Shown here: positions 39,379 through 50,176 of the stretch, in pieces
Numbering within the stretch: position 1 is the first letter of the stretch
Layout of the letters: each line of letters opens with the position of its first letter
Assembly: GCA_050011875.1 (NCBI GenBank)
Contig: JBEKIG010000001.1
Coordinates: 32,001 to 96,000, forward strand
From: Nitrososphaeria archaeon
GTDB taxonomy: Archaea > Thermoproteota > Nitrososphaeria > JACIWG01
Reading direction: 5' to 3'
Length of the DNA stretch: 64,000 nt
Notes under the pieces: model-generated
Database searches by the model: none
What the model was told of the DNA's origin: nothing
The model's input: the letters and a program-made list of their open reading frames with translations, nothing else
Program-made: the position numbers and the translations under genes

Positions 39379-40048
39379 AGTATTTATCCTTACCTCTTGC
39401 GTTACATTGAATATATAACTCTTCTAACCACGAGAATAGCTAATCCTTTTTACGCTTATACCTTTAACAAATTAATCTTTCTTAGCGCGATAAGTCCTGT
39501 TAAGCAGGCTGTTCCCAGACCTTTGCAATTTTTTCTCAAGATATACTTGATCTTACTATTGTATCCAATTGTTCTAGCAGTGATCTCACTTTCAATCTCC
39601 ATTCATCTTCAAAATACTATTACAGAAATGAAAAGCTAAAATAAACCGTATTTCCTGATTGTTATCATCATTTCTAGATACCCCATTTTTTTAGTATATT
39701 CATTATTTTTATATCAAACAATCTTAATAAGACAAACGTGGTTAAAGTTAAAGAGCAGTTTTTTGTTGAGTACCGCACACAGTTTCCTTTTTGCATTAAT
39801 ATTTAGAGCAGAGTCAAAACTTAGACTATTCTACTAATTTACAATTCGATCAAGTAGACATCCTCACTATATTGGGAGATTATTCTGGAATTGCTGAAAA
39901 AAATTAATGACAGATAAATAGTTAATTAGACAATAATAAATTAAGGAGTTCAGAGATCTACCCATTTCTAGAAACTGTCGCACAAATAATATATCCAAAA
40001 ATACAAAGAATATATAATTAAAACGTAAGATTATGGAAAGTTTAATAA

Positions 40049-41752
40049 TTGATTGAAGCCTGCCTTATAACTAGTGATATTTTGGGTCCTCAAGAGGGAA
40101 TAATTAAAATCCTCAAACAGGAAGGAATTGAATTTTTGAGTGTCATGCCCGTCGGCAACTTAACCCCTCAAGCTAGCAAAGAAAAACTCCGTATCATCAT
40201 GATGAGAACTGAACGCTTCGCGGTCGGTCTTGCAGACGGCTACTCCAGAGCTTCAAACGGGAAGAAGATAGGTGTATTTAACATTCAAGGAGGAGCCTTC
40301 CCTGTAGGAGCTGAGATAGCTCAAGGGGCTGTAGCCCAAGCCTTTGAAGACAGCTCACCAATCCTAGGTATAATGGCTGGTCCGACGCTCAGTCAACTCG
40401 GGCAGAACCGCTTCGATATAACAAGACAATATTCAGGGATTACAAAATGGACAGCTTACATCCCTGAAAGTTATCGAATTCCAGAGTTTATGAGGAGAGC
40501 ATTCACCTACCTCAGAACTGGGAGGCGAGGACCTATCGTCCTGCACTGTTCAAGTGTGAACAGGGGACCTGAAGAACTGAACTGGGGTGACTATGATAAC
40601 ACGAAGTACCCCTACGAACCGGTTAAGGGGTGGCGATATCCTGGAGACCCTCGAGATGTGGAGGTGACGGTTAAGGCCCTTCTGGCAGCGAAGAAACCTG
40701 TGATATACGCAGGTCAGGGAATCTTCTATGCTGACGCCTGCCAAGAGCTTGTCGAATTCGCTGAGCTCGTTCAAGTACCAGTAGTGACAACGCTACTGGC
40801 TAAGAGCGCCTTCCCGGAGGATCATCCTCTTTCAGTAGGTGTCTCAGGGATTCCAGCGGAGCATTATATTGGTGGCGCCGACTTGGTCTTTGGCATAGGG
40901 GAGAGCCTTTCTCCAGGAGATTTCAAGCACTACTTTGACGGCTCAGGTAAAATTATAATTCAAGCTGATATTGATGAAAGAGACATTAACATCCGCTATA
41001 AGATCGATCACGCCATAATCGGCGACGCAAAACTTATTCTACAACAGCTAATATCAGAAGTCAAAAGACAAGGAAGACAAGGAATCCGAAAGAATGAGAA
41101 ACTGCAAGATGATATAAGAGGGCTCAAAGCTAAGAAGATGGAAAAATACAAGCAAGCGATCGAATCAAACGAAAAGCCGATCAATCCATATAGGGTCTAC
41201 TGGGATTTAATGAACACCATAGATAGGAGGAATTCAGTTATCTCCCACGAGGCTGGGAGCACTAGAGATCAGCTGAGAACCATCTATGAAGCCATCATTC
41301 CAAGAGGCTTCATTGGCTGGGGAAACGCTAGCAGCCTCGGCTTCGGATTAAGTGCCGCAGCAGGAGCAAAACTCGCTTATCCAAAGAGGGATTGTATCCA
41401 TGTGACAGGCGACGGAGGTATCATGTATCAGATAGGCAACTTCGAAGCCCTCGTCAGAGAAAATATAGCAATAACCACAATCCACATCAATAACAGCGGC
41501 TTTGCAGGATATGGATCTGGCTTCTGGGGTTCAGGACATAATCCGGAGACGAGCGCTGTTACATCATCCACTATACTGAGTACAAGTCGGATAGCTGAGG
41601 GATTTGGCGAACATGCTGAGCGGGTTGAAGAACCCGACGAGATAATGCCTGCCATCAAAAGGGCAATTAAAGTCAATCGTTCAGGAAAGCCTGCGTTGCT
41701 TGAGTTCATCTGCTCCCAATACCCAGTCTACGACGATTGGATGCACAAATAA
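40049..41752 (+). CDS. Thiamine-diphosphate-dependent enzyme (acetolactate-synthase-like)
   Basis: RTERFAVGLADGYSR, GRRGP, TGDGG...INNSG. Confidence 0.88.
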   Translation: MIEACLITSDILGPQEGIIKILKQEGIEFLSVMPVGNLTPQASKEKLRIIMMRTERFAVGLADGYSRASNGKKIGVFNIQGGAFPVGAEIAQGAVAQAFEDSSPILGIMAGPTLSQLGQNRFDITRQYSGITKWTAYIPESYRIPEFMRRAFTYLRTGRRGPIVLHCSSVNRGPEELNWGDYDNTKYPYEPVKGWRYPGDPRDVEVTVKALLAAKKPVIYAGQGIFYADACQELVEFAELVQVPVVTTLLAKSAFPEDHPLSVGVSGIPAEHYIGGADLVFGIGESLSPGDFKHYFDGSGKIIIQADIDERDINIRYKIDHAIIGDAKLILQQLISEVKRQGRQGIRKNEKLQDDIRGLKAKKMEKYKQAIESNEKPINPYRVYWDLMNTIDRRNSVISHEAGSTRDQLRTIYEAIIPRGFIGWGNASSLGFGLSAAAGAKLAYPKRDCIHVTGDGGIMYQIGNFEALVRENIAITTIHINNSGFAGYGSGFWGSGHNPETSAVTSSTILSTSRIAEGFGEHAERVEEPDEIMPAIKRAIKVNRSGKPALLEFICSQYPVYDDWMHK

Positions 41753-41800
41753 AGAAGTAACCTTTCTTCTCTCTCTTATTTTCCTCTTTCCATTGATCTT

Positions 41801-41911
41801 CTAATGAGAAATTATAGATGAGGAGGTCATCTTGGTGAACTCAGTAACTCTATCCATGGAGCCGGATGCTGGGGTGAGCGCAACACCAAATACTATGTCT
41901 TGGTCCTGCAA
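41801..41911 (-). pseudogene. Possible ribulose-phosphate 3-epimerase fragment
   Basis: Minus-strand LQDQDIVFGVALTPAS resembles the Rpe GVALNPAT strand; the match is short. Confidence 0.3.
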
Positions 41912-41914
41912 ACT

Positions 41915-41937
41915 GGTTCAAATCCCATTGGTTCCAC
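41915..41937 (+). other. Third att-like tRNA 3' core at the island/core boundary
   Basis: GGTTCAAATCCCATTGGTTCCAC; 18 of 23 identical to 7668-7690. Confidence 0.55.
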
Positions 41938-42116
41938 TTAAGAAAGGAAGGGAGCTTAAACACATATAGTACTAGCTCTATCTATCATATTATTTAAAGA
42001 AAAAAATAGATGCCTGCTAAACTTAAAAAACCCAGCGTTTGCCTCTACACTAAATTGTCTTCTCTCTTCTAGTCTCTTAAAGGAAACAAAAATGTTAATC
42101 TAACAGCTAAAACATA

Positions 42117-43196
42117 ATGTCGGTATCGACCATGCAGGAAGCAAGACTTTACGAAAAGATCAATGACATAAAGATCAAGTGTACAGCCTGTCCGAGGTAC
42201 TGTAGGTTATCGGAAGGGCAAATAGGATTCTGTGGCGTCAGAAGGAACGTTGGAGGAAAACTCTTCCTCTTAGTCTACGGTAGACCCATTTCACTTAACA
42301 TGGATCCCATAGAAAAGAAGCCCTTTTCACATTACATGCCGGGATCGAAGGTCTTAAGCCTTGGGACAGTTGGCTGCGATTGGGCCTGCCAGTACTGCCA
42401 AAACTCCGATATAAGCCAGAGGAGGTCCATCGGAGGGTTAGAAGCTACGCCGGAAAAGCTTATCGAGTTAGCCCTAAGATATGGTTCAGACGGCATCGCC
42501 TACACCTACAATGAACCCACGATATTTGTGGAATACGCTCACGATACAGGCGTTTTGGCTAGAAAAAAGGGGCTTTTCAACGTCTTCGTAAGCAACGGGT
42601 ACGCTACCCCAGAAAGCGTCAAGATGATGCTCAATTTCCTGGACGCGATTACAGTTGACTTCAAAGGAAATGGTGAAAAGCGTTTTTTGCAGAAGTACGC
42701 TATGGTAGTCGATCCAGAGCCGATATATCAGACTCTGATCGATCTAAAAAAAGGCGGGGTTCATATAGAGATCACAGATCTTGTTGTCCCAAAGATAGGA
42801 GACGACCTTGGAGAAGCGAGGAAATTGAGCAAATGGATCTTAGAAAACCTAGGCGAAAATGTTCCAATTCACTTTTTGAGATTTCATCCCGACTACAATA
42901 TGCAAAACCTTCCCCCTACACCTGATAATACCTTAGTAAAGCACTATTCTATCGCTAAGGAAGTCGGGTTGAAGTATGTTTATCTAGGAAATGTCCCGGG
43001 GCATTCCTATGAAAATACGTATTGCCCTTCATGCGGAAAGATGGTTGTTGAAAGATATGGATTCGATATTATAAATTGGCATCTCGATGGAGACAACAAA
43101 TGCCAATACTGTTCTCATCCGGTGGCTATCGTGGGAAGGCTTAAACAATATAGGTCTCAGGAAAGATTTTTTCCAATAAATTTAAACAAGCCATAG
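42117..43196 (+). CDS. AmmeMemoRadiSam-type radical SAM enzyme (PflA-like)
   Basis: CTACPRYC, DPIEKKP, CDWACQYCQN, YTYNEP, TYCPSCG. Confidence 0.9.
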   Translation: MSVSTMQEARLYEKINDIKIKCTACPRYCRLSEGQIGFCGVRRNVGGKLFLLVYGRPISLNMDPIEKKPFSHYMPGSKVLSLGTVGCDWACQYCQNSDISQRRSIGGLEATPEKLIELALRYGSDGIAYTYNEPTIFVEYAHDTGVLARKKGLFNVFVSNGYATPESVKMMLNFLDAITVDFKGNGEKRFLQKYAMVVDPEPIYQTLIDLKKGGVHIEITDLVVPKIGDDLGEARKLSKWILENLGENVPIHFLRFHPDYNMQNLPPTPDNTLVKHYSIAKEVGLKYVYLGNVPGHSYENTYCPSCGKMVVERYGFDIINWHLDGDNKCQYCSHPVAIVGRLKQYRSQERFFPINLNKP

Positions 43197-43259
43197 TGAA
43201 TTCCACTGGAGAATAAATAGAAACGCGAACAACTTCCAATTTCTGAAAACCTTTAATAA

Positions 43260-44099
43260 ATGCAATGTTCCGGAATCTTCGGAAAGCAGATGACGGTTGA
43301 GCAGGTAGCTCCAGAGAAAGGTTTAGGTTTTTGGAAGTACGCTCTCGGACTGGTGCTGATAGTTTTTTTTGTGTATTCCCAATACTTATTTAATATTACT
43401 GGACTCCTCTACGGCGTTATTCTTGTCTACCTTCTGCCTTCAATAGTCGTGTTACTAATTACTGGGAGGAGAATACTCGTTAAGGCAGGTGCTAACTTCA
43501 AAAAGGCAATCAGATACGGTTTCGGATATTTTGGTATATTCAGCGCAGCTGGAATCGGCTTGGCTGTTTTTCTTTTAGCATTGCTCTTCGCTTTCGATCC
43601 ACAAATCGTGAATATATTGAACCGACCGAACCCCCTGCTTGAAGTCTCACCTAATGTAGCGTGGTTGATGATACTTTTTTCCTTTGTTATCGTAGGGCCG
43701 TTTGAAGAATTTCTTTTTAGAGGCTTTGTCTTCGGTGAGCTATCGGACATCTTGAAAAACAGGCACTGGATCATTTCAGCTCTTATTGCATCAATAATCT
43801 TTGCAATGCTTCATCTCTACTATTTGATAATATATGGGATAGCTTCTATAATACAGTTATCTCAGATCATAATGTTTGGTCTTGGTATGAGTGGAGCCTA
43901 TTATAAGTCTAAGGGAAACTTGGTCGTACTAGCCTTGATCCACGGTGCTTTTGATGCAACAAGCTACCTGATCATTGCGATCCCCAACAACATATTCATA
44001 GGGATAGGGCTTAAGTTTGCGCTGATACTTATCAGCGTGTTTGTGGGTATTTTTTATGTTTTTGGAAATAAGCAGTCTGACAGCTCGATAGCGCCTTAG
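43260..44099 (+). CDS. CPBP (CAAX protease / Abi) family membrane metalloprotease
   Basis: EEFLFRG, FAMLH, HGAFD. Confidence 0.9.
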   Translation: MQCSGIFGKQMTVEQVAPEKGLGFWKYALGLVLIVFFVYSQYLFNITGLLYGVILVYLLPSIVVLLITGRRILVKAGANFKKAIRYGFGYFGIFSAAGIGLAVFLLALLFAFDPQIVNILNRPNPLLEVSPNVAWLMILFSFVIVGPFEEFLFRGFVFGELSDILKNRHWIISALIASIIFAMLHLYYLIIYGIASIIQLSQIIMFGLGMSGAYYKSKGNLVVLALIHGAFDATSYLIIAIPNNIFIGIGLKFALILISVFVGIFYVFGNKQSDSSIAP

Positions 44100-44106
44100 T
44101 CTTTTT

Positions 44107-46074
44107 TTAGTTCATTATTTTACCTGTATCCTCTGTTGCACTGTAACCTTTGAACATCCGCGGGAGCAGTGTCTGAAACTCCTTTGACCTCAAGCATTTG
44201 ATGAAGTCTTCTATTCCAGGTTTTTTGAGGCGCTCCCTTAGTACTACGAAGTCGTACTCCTCTTCAGTAAGGAAGGTGAACCCTAGACCATATTTTTCAG
44301 CGTAGAACCTCAGCCCTACTCCAGCATCAGCCCTTCCTTGGACAACAGCTAAGGCGACCGCCGAATGCGTTTTAGCTTCATAGTTATATCCGTTTATCTT
44401 CTTCACCATCCTGTTAAAGTCTTCTCCACTTTTTGAGGCTATCTTCTTAAGCGCATAGTCGAAGAATGTTCTTGTGCCTGAGCCTTTGTTTCTGTTGATA
44501 ATAGTAACCTTAGGTTTTAACATGTCTTCGATAGAAGAGATCCTTTTTTGATTTTCCTTTAAGGTTATGATACCCTGTTCACGCTTGTACCCCTTTACTA
44601 ATACAGCAATATCTTTTAGATTGAACTTGTTTAGGAAAGGAATGTTGTATTGAAGACTATCTTCATCGAGCAGGTGTGTACCGGCGATGTCCGCCTCTTT
44701 CTTCTTTATTGCATTCCAACCCGAAAGGGAACCTAAGTTTATGATCTTAGCCGTGCGTTTTATAGGAAATAGGCTTAGAATTAGTTCGACAGCAGGGCAA
44801 TGGCTTCCTATAATGTTTAGGTCAGGTATCCTTAGCTGATCAGAAAAGAGACTGACGCAGACGTCCTCGTTCTCTTCAATAAATTCGATATTCTCAGGAA
44901 TATCGATGAAGCCGTCACTATAGTTCAGAGTGGATACAGAGCCCGAGCTTCCAGGCGTCGGATACGCGATGTTTTCGCCACCATTATCTATGACACTCAC
45001 GGGAATAAGGGATCTTTTACCCTTTGCATTAAATATCCTGAACGGCACTTTTGCAGTTAACGTCCTCCCAGATACGCCTTCGTAACCGCCTATCTTTTTA
45101 AGAACAGGCACCACCAAAGCTGTAAAGACCATCATAGCTGACACAGGGAAACCTGGGAGGCCAAAAAGCAGCTTTCCCCCCGCGACTGCGACGATTGTTG
45201 GTTTACCCGGTTTTATCTTCAAGCCATGGACAACGACGCCTGGCCTCCCAATCGAATCAAACACCCTGTACATGATGTCACCAAGCCCCGCAGAAGTGCT
45301 TCCTGAAGTTAATACCATATCATTTTTATTTAACGCATCACTTACTGCCTTCAACATCGTGTCGTAGGTGTCTGGCAGAATCCCTAAGAAATATGGCTCT
45401 CCGCCACATTCACTTATCATCGAACATATTGCTGGGCCATTTGCGTCGTAGATCTTACCTGGGATAAGGCTTTTTCCTTGCTTCATAACTTCGTTGCCTG
45501 ATGAGAAGAGCCCGATCTTTGGCCTTCTGTATACAATAACTTTTTCGAATCCTAGGGCTGAAAGCGAAGCTATTTCTCTTGATGTTAGCGTAACCCCCTT
45601 TCTGAGGAACAGGTCGCCGAGGACATAGTCTGAACCTGCCTGAGCGATGTTTTCGCCATGAACTATTGATCTGTATATGTAAACGTTTGAACCCACTTCC
45701 TTTGTGTACTCCACCATGACAACAGAATCCGCTCCCTTAGGCAAAGGGGCTCCTGTCGAAATACTCATACATTCGTTATTGTGAATTTCCTTGGTGGGCA
45801 TCTTTCCTACTTCTGAGAAACCTATGATTTTCAATTCTGCAGGACTGCCTTCTTCAGCATCTGAGACGTCATCAGCGGAAACAGCGAAGCCATCCACTTC
45901 TGACCTATCGAAAGGTGGAGAATCGATTGGGGCAAAGACGTCCTCGGCCAAGACGCGTCCAAGAGAATTTATCAGATCAACCTTCTCTTTTCCCTTAGGT
46001 TTAAGATCAACAGCTTGCCCTATGATTTTTTGAGCTTCTTCGATAGATAAAAGGTTATGGAAGATCTTAGCCAA
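44107..46074 (-). CDS. moeA: Molybdopterin molybdenumtransferase MoeA fused to a PBP domain
   Basis: PPFDRSEVDGFAV, SSGNE, KPGKP, GLPGFP; C-terminal GSHC...NRNKGSGTR. Confidence 0.93.
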   Translation of the reverse strand: MAKIFHNLLSIEEAQKIIGQAVDLKPKGKEKVDLINSLGRVLAEDVFAPIDSPPFDRSEVDGFAVSADDVSDAEEGSPAELKIIGFSEVGKMPTKEIHNNECMSISTGAPLPKGADSVVMVEYTKEVGSNVYIYRSIVHGENIAQAGSDYVLGDLFLRKGVTLTSREIASLSALGFEKVIVYRRPKIGLFSSGNEVMKQGKSLIPGKIYDANGPAICSMISECGGEPYFLGILPDTYDTMLKAVSDALNKNDMVLTSGSTSAGLGDIMYRVFDSIGRPGVVVHGLKIKPGKPTIVAVAGGKLLFGLPGFPVSAMMVFTALVVPVLKKIGGYEGVSGRTLTAKVPFRIFNAKGKRSLIPVSVIDNGGENIAYPTPGSSGSVSTLNYSDGFIDIPENIEFIEENEDVCVSLFSDQLRIPDLNIIGSHCPAVELILSLFPIKRTAKIINLGSLSGWNAIKKKEADIAGTHLLDEDSLQYNIPFLNKFNLKDIAVLVKGYKREQGIITLKENQKRISSIEDMLKPKVTIINRNKGSGTRTFFDYALKKIASKSGEDFNRMVKKINGYNYEAKTHSAVALAVVQGRADAGVGLRFYAEKYGLGFTFLTEEEYDFVVLRERLKKPGIEDFIKCLRSKEFQTLLPRMFKGYSATEDTGKIMN

Positions 46075-46076
46075 AA

Positions 46077-47360
46077 TTATCCCTCTAAAGGCTGGAAAAG
46101 GAGTACATCGACGGATTCACCTTCATCATAGCCTTCCAATCCCTCTTCCATAATAAGTAACCCGTTTCCTCTAGTTAGCGAAGAAAGAAGGCCGGAGCCT
46201 GTAAGCCTCATAGGTTCAACGGAAAATCCACCTTTATAGTATTTCTCAACTTTAACCCTTACGAAAGCTTTGACGCCCACTGGTTTTACCAGCCGCCTGG
46301 TCAGGCAAGCTTTGATGACAGGATAGCTGAGAGGTTTAGAGCCTCTTAGAAAGTTAATAGCAGGTTTTACAAAGACTTCAAAGCCAGTGAAGGCAGCTAC
46401 GGGATAACCTGATAGCATGAACACCGGCTTTCCCTGAACAAGAGCTAAACCTGTGGGACGACCGGGTCGCATCCTAACACCATAAAATAAAACTGATGAA
46501 TAACCTATCTTTGTGACAGCTTCCTCGACCAAATCTGTGGCTCCAACACTTGTGCCCCCCGTTGTAACAATAGCGTCAACGCCTGATGACGCTTCCAAAA
46601 TCTTTGAACTGATAATTTCAACGTCATCCTCCACAACTCCGAGGTCGACTGGTTCACAAAATTCTTCACAGGACATTGATAGTATAAGGGGTTTTGTCGA
46701 ATCAATCACGCTTTTGTTCTGAGACGTGGAATATTTCAGTTCACTTCCCGTTGATAGAACGCCGACCCTTAATCTTCTAAATACCTTTATCTTCCCACTT
46801 CCTGTTGACAAAAGTGCTGCAAGATGCCATGGTCTGATAAGCACACCTTTTTCAACAACGACTGATCCCTTTACAAAGTCTTCACCCCTTCTAGACACAT
46901 TCAGCCATTGGGGAACACTCCTGTACACAAGAACCGAGGAGCCTTCTAACTTGGTGTCTTCAACCATGACGACAGCATTTGAATTGGCAGGAAGAGGTGA
47001 ACCCGTATAGACTATGGCAGTTTCACCATTACATAAAGGCCTAATTTTTTCTTTCAGAGCGTCAATGCGTATTTCCTGTATTACTCTTAATACAGTGGGG
47101 TTGGTGGTTGAACTGCTTAATACATCCTCTGAGATAACGGCGTATCCGTCCACTGCACTTTTATCGTACTTTGGAGAATCGAATCTTGAAAGCACATGTA
47201 CCGCACAGAAATGATGAAGTGAATCAGAGACTGCAATCTCTGAAACACCTAGGTCAGGTTTCTTAAGAGACTTAAACATCAGATCAATAGATTCTTCAAC
47301 GCCTCTAAGAGACTTAAAGGATCTAACCTTATCGTACATTTTTCCTGTCATATCTCCCAA
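46077..47360 (-). CDS. moeA: Molybdopterin molybdenumtransferase MoeA
   Basis: SAVDGYAV, STGSEL, TTGGTSVG, RPGRP, LSGYP. Confidence 0.92.
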   Translation of the reverse strand: MGDMTGKMYDKVRSFKSLRGVEESIDLMFKSLKKPDLGVSEIAVSDSLHHFCAVHVLSRFDSPKYDKSAVDGYAVISEDVLSSSTTNPTVLRVIQEIRIDALKEKIRPLCNGETAIVYTGSPLPANSNAVVMVEDTKLEGSSVLVYRSVPQWLNVSRRGEDFVKGSVVVEKGVLIRPWHLAALLSTGSGKIKVFRRLRVGVLSTGSELKYSTSQNKSVIDSTKPLILSMSCEEFCEPVDLGVVEDDVEIISSKILEASSGVDAIVTTGGTSVGATDLVEEAVTKIGYSSVLFYGVRMRPGRPTGLALVQGKPVFMLSGYPVAAFTGFEVFVKPAINFLRGSKPLSYPVIKACLTRRLVKPVGVKAFVRVKVEKYYKGGFSVEPMRLTGSGLLSSLTRGNGLLIMEEGLEGYDEGESVDVLLFQPLEG

Positions 47361-47416
47361 AGTTCTAACGCCATCCCATGTATCTTTCTTACGCTCGAAT
47401 ATCTAATTAATTTAAT

Positions 47417-48487
47417 TTACGACCTACCTTTTATTTTTTGAGAGGTTTCCGTAATTATTCCCAACGCCTTGTAGATGTCTTCTCTTTCTATTCCCCTATG
47501 GGTAACCATCCTAATGTCCTTGTCGCTAACCGACAGCGACAAAACACCTTGAGCCTTTAAAGCTGAGGTGAATTTGCTTGAAGATACACCCAAACTGCTT
47601 ACATCAAATTTAACCATGTTGGTCTGCACAGCTTTCATGTTAACTGATAAGCCTTCGATCTTTGCTAACCCTTCAGCTAACAATCGGGCGTTTCTATGGT
47701 CGTCTTCAAGTCTGCTGATCATCTTTTCTAACGCAATTATACCGGGGGCGGCAACGATTCCAGCTTGGCGCATGCCTCCTCCAAGAACCTTCCTGACCTT
47801 CCTTGCCCTATCAATAAAGTCTTGGCTTCCAACAACAATTGAGCCGATAGGACAGCTTAAACCTTTCGAAAGACAGAACATCATGTTATCGACGTACTTC
47901 GTAAAGTTCTTCACGTCGACTTTTAGCGCCACTGAGGCATTGAATATTCGGGCGCCGTCCATGTAAAGTTTTAGACTGTGAGACCTTACGACTTCACTTA
48001 TAGATTTTATCTGTTCGGGTGTTGCAATTGTTCCACCTGCCCTGTTGTGAGTGTTTTCGATTTCGACCAAGGTCGTTTCCGGAAAGTGAATATCCTTAGG
48101 CCTTATCGCTGCTTCAACGTCTTTTGGATCGAGAACCCCCAAATTACCTTTGATCGTGTAGGGCACAAGGCCACCGATTGCGCATAGACCTCCTACTTCA
48201 TAATAAAAAACATGTGCTTCAGCCTCCAATATTACCCCGTCACCTCTTTTGGTGTTACTTATCATCGAGACCAGGTTGGCTTGAGTTCCACTTGTCACCA
48301 GCAAAGAGGCTTCCTTACCCATTTTCTCAGCAGCCATTTCCTCAAGTTTTTTTACAGTGGGATCTTCCCTAAAGACGTCGTCGCCGAGCTTAGCGTGCCT
48401 AATGGCTTCAAGCATTTCATCAGTTGGTAGGGTTACCGTATCACTTCTTAGATCAATGATTTCTTTCACCATCTTAGCACCACCCAT
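47417..48487 (-). CDS. ltaE: Low-specificity L-threonine aldolase
   Basis: DLRSDTVT, SGTQAN, ENTHN, DGARIFN, CLSKGL, GGGMRQAG. Confidence 0.93.
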   Translation of the reverse strand: MGGAKMVKEIIDLRSDTVTLPTDEMLEAIRHAKLGDDVFREDPTVKKLEEMAAEKMGKEASLLVTSGTQANLVSMISNTKRGDGVILEAEAHVFYYEVGGLCAIGGLVPYTIKGNLGVLDPKDVEAAIRPKDIHFPETTLVEIENTHNRAGGTIATPEQIKSISEVVRSHSLKLYMDGARIFNASVALKVDVKNFTKYVDNMMFCLSKGLSCPIGSIVVGSQDFIDRARKVRKVLGGGMRQAGIVAAPGIIALEKMISRLEDDHRNARLLAEGLAKIEGLSVNMKAVQTNMVKFDVSSLGVSSSKFTSALKAQGVLSLSVSDKDIRMVTHRGIEREDIYKALGIITETSQKIKGRS

Positions 48488-48540
48488 TAACTAAAAAAGG
48501 CCTCACATAAATCATTATTGCTGAATTAAACCGTTATTGG

Positions 48541-49050
48541 TTAAACTTTGATAGGAAGCTCTTTGCAAGAGTCTAAGATTATCTTACTCGCTGTAAGCAT
48601 CCATAAAACCTCCTCTTTGGAAACAGGTAGATCTGCAATGGATCTTAACCTAATGGAGTTCATATGCTCTACAGATTCATAAAAGGATAAACGGATACCT
48701 TTTGAAATTATCACAAAGGACATGTCCACTATATTAAAATCTTGAGGGAATTGGATATTCAAATAGTTCAAAATCTTTGCTAGAACATCTTTTACAGATG
48801 AATAGCTGTGTGAAATAGAACTCTTGTAGTCCATAATTTCGTATTCACTCTTGGCCTGATTGTAGGACATCGTAGCTTCATTTATATCGATCGTAACAAA
48901 ATATTCCATCCCTGAAGACACAGTTGGTGGGGCTGGAGGAGCAGATTTTGACATCTTCTTAACGGCTCCATATGTTAAAGCTACAGCCAACATTACGCCA
49001 AACGTTACGGTACTCCATTGAAAGATCACCATATAGTCTATCTGAGACAC
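48541..49050 (-). CDS. Membrane-anchored hypothetical protein with a HEPN-like helical domain
   Basis: N-terminal TM, Pro linker, YKSSISHSYSSVKDVL helix pattern; no RxxxxH motif. Confidence 0.6.
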   Translation of the reverse strand: MSQIDYMVIFQWSTVTFGVMLAVALTYGAVKKMSKSAPPAPPTVSSGMEYFVTIDINEATMSYNQAKSEYEIMDYKSSISHSYSSVKDVLAKILNYLNIQFPQDFNIVDMSFVIISKGIRLSFYESVEHMNSIRLRSIADLPVSKEEVLWMLTASKIILDSCKELPIKV

Positions 49051-49272
49051 TTATCAGTCAACGTACAACTTAACATGTTGCTAAAAAACTTTTATACCCT
49101 GTATATGTAAAACATAAATGGCGTCGATGAAGAATCAGAGTTATTGAAAACATTAATGATCTTAAGGCATTTGTCCGAGACGCCGCCTTCAATAGTAACT
49201 GTCGAAAAATGATGAGTTACTTTTATTAGCGTATCCAAAGCATGGAAGAAGGCTTTAAACCAAACAATATTT

Positions 49273-50148
49273 TTAGATTTTCGCAGATACTATATCCCAG
49301 AGCGTTTTGATGTCATTTAAACATTGTTCCAAAGAATCTTGCGGTGTCTCTATTATTATAGGGAGGTCCCTGATCTCCTTGACTGATAAGAATGATTTGA
49401 ATCCTTCTAACCCAATTTTACCCGCCCCTATATGCTCATGCCTATCAAGGTGATCATTAAGATCGCCTTTAGAATCGTTTGAGTGGATCATCTTCAGTCT
49501 ATCTAATCCTATAACGTCTTCAAAATCTTTAATGAAAGAATCGACCTTTTGTGCAGAACGAATGTCATATCCTGCCGCGAAACCGTGGCATGTATCGTAA
49601 CATATGCCAATTCGCTTTTGATCTTCCACGAGGCTTAGACAGCGTTCCAACTGTTCAAACGTGTACCCAACGCTGTTTTTCTGGCCTGCTGTGTTTTCAA
49701 GTAATAACATTGAGTTGCCTTCTGATTCTTTAATAGCTCTGTTGCACGCGCTAGTTACACGCTCTATTCCCTCCTCTTCTGATGTTCCCATATGGCTGCC
49801 TAAATGAGTGACAAGGTAGGGGATTCTGAGACAGTGACATTTTTGAAGCTCTTCAGCTAAGATGCTAACCGATCTTTCATAGTTGTTTGCATCTGGTGAA
49901 GCTATATTTGGAAGATAGGGCATGTGTGCGATGGGAAAAAGTTCCGTCCGCTTAAGTTCTGAGATAAAATCGTTAAAGTCTTTTTTCTCCAACTTTTTAG
50001 CCTTCCATCCTCTTGGGTTCCTTGTAAACATCTGGAAGGCGGTACAGTTGATTGACCTAGCCCTTTCGAATGCATTGCACAACGCACCTTGAATGGAGAC
50101 GTGAGCACCTATCAGAGGCATTTTATCAAACGACTGAGATATATTCAA
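49273..50148 (-). CDS. nfo: Endonuclease IV
   Basis: IGAHVS, HMPYLPN, HLGS, LLENTAG, DTCH, HSNDS, DRHEHIG, ETP. Confidence 0.95.
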   Translation of the reverse strand: MNISQSFDKMPLIGAHVSIQGALCNAFERARSINCTAFQMFTRNPRGWKAKKLEKKDFNDFISELKRTELFPIAHMPYLPNIASPDANNYERSVSILAEELQKCHCLRIPYLVTHLGSHMGTSEEEGIERVTSACNRAIKESEGNSMLLLENTAGQKNSVGYTFEQLERCLSLVEDQKRIGICYDTCHGFAAGYDIRSAQKVDSFIKDFEDVIGLDRLKMIHSNDSKGDLNDHLDRHEHIGAGKIGLEGFKSFLSVKEIRDLPIIIETPQDSLEQCLNDIKTLWDIVSAKI

Positions 50149-50176
50149 AAATATATAGGTTTCGCAATAGAAAAAA

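Noticed and set aside
39400-39700. Possible GT2 glycosyltransferase relic on the minus strand (KIKYILRKNCKGLGTACLTG)
   Set aside because: Similarity is too short and degenerate to support without a search.
41858-41936. Possible full tRNA: GGAGCCG could pair with TGGTTCC and a GTTCAAATCC T-loop is present
   Set aside because: No credible D-arm or anticodon arm and an imperfect T-stem; kept only as an att-like 3' fragment.
48541-49050. HEPN toxin or defence effector
   Set aside because: No RxxxxH motif, no adjacent MNT gene, and a core-gene context.
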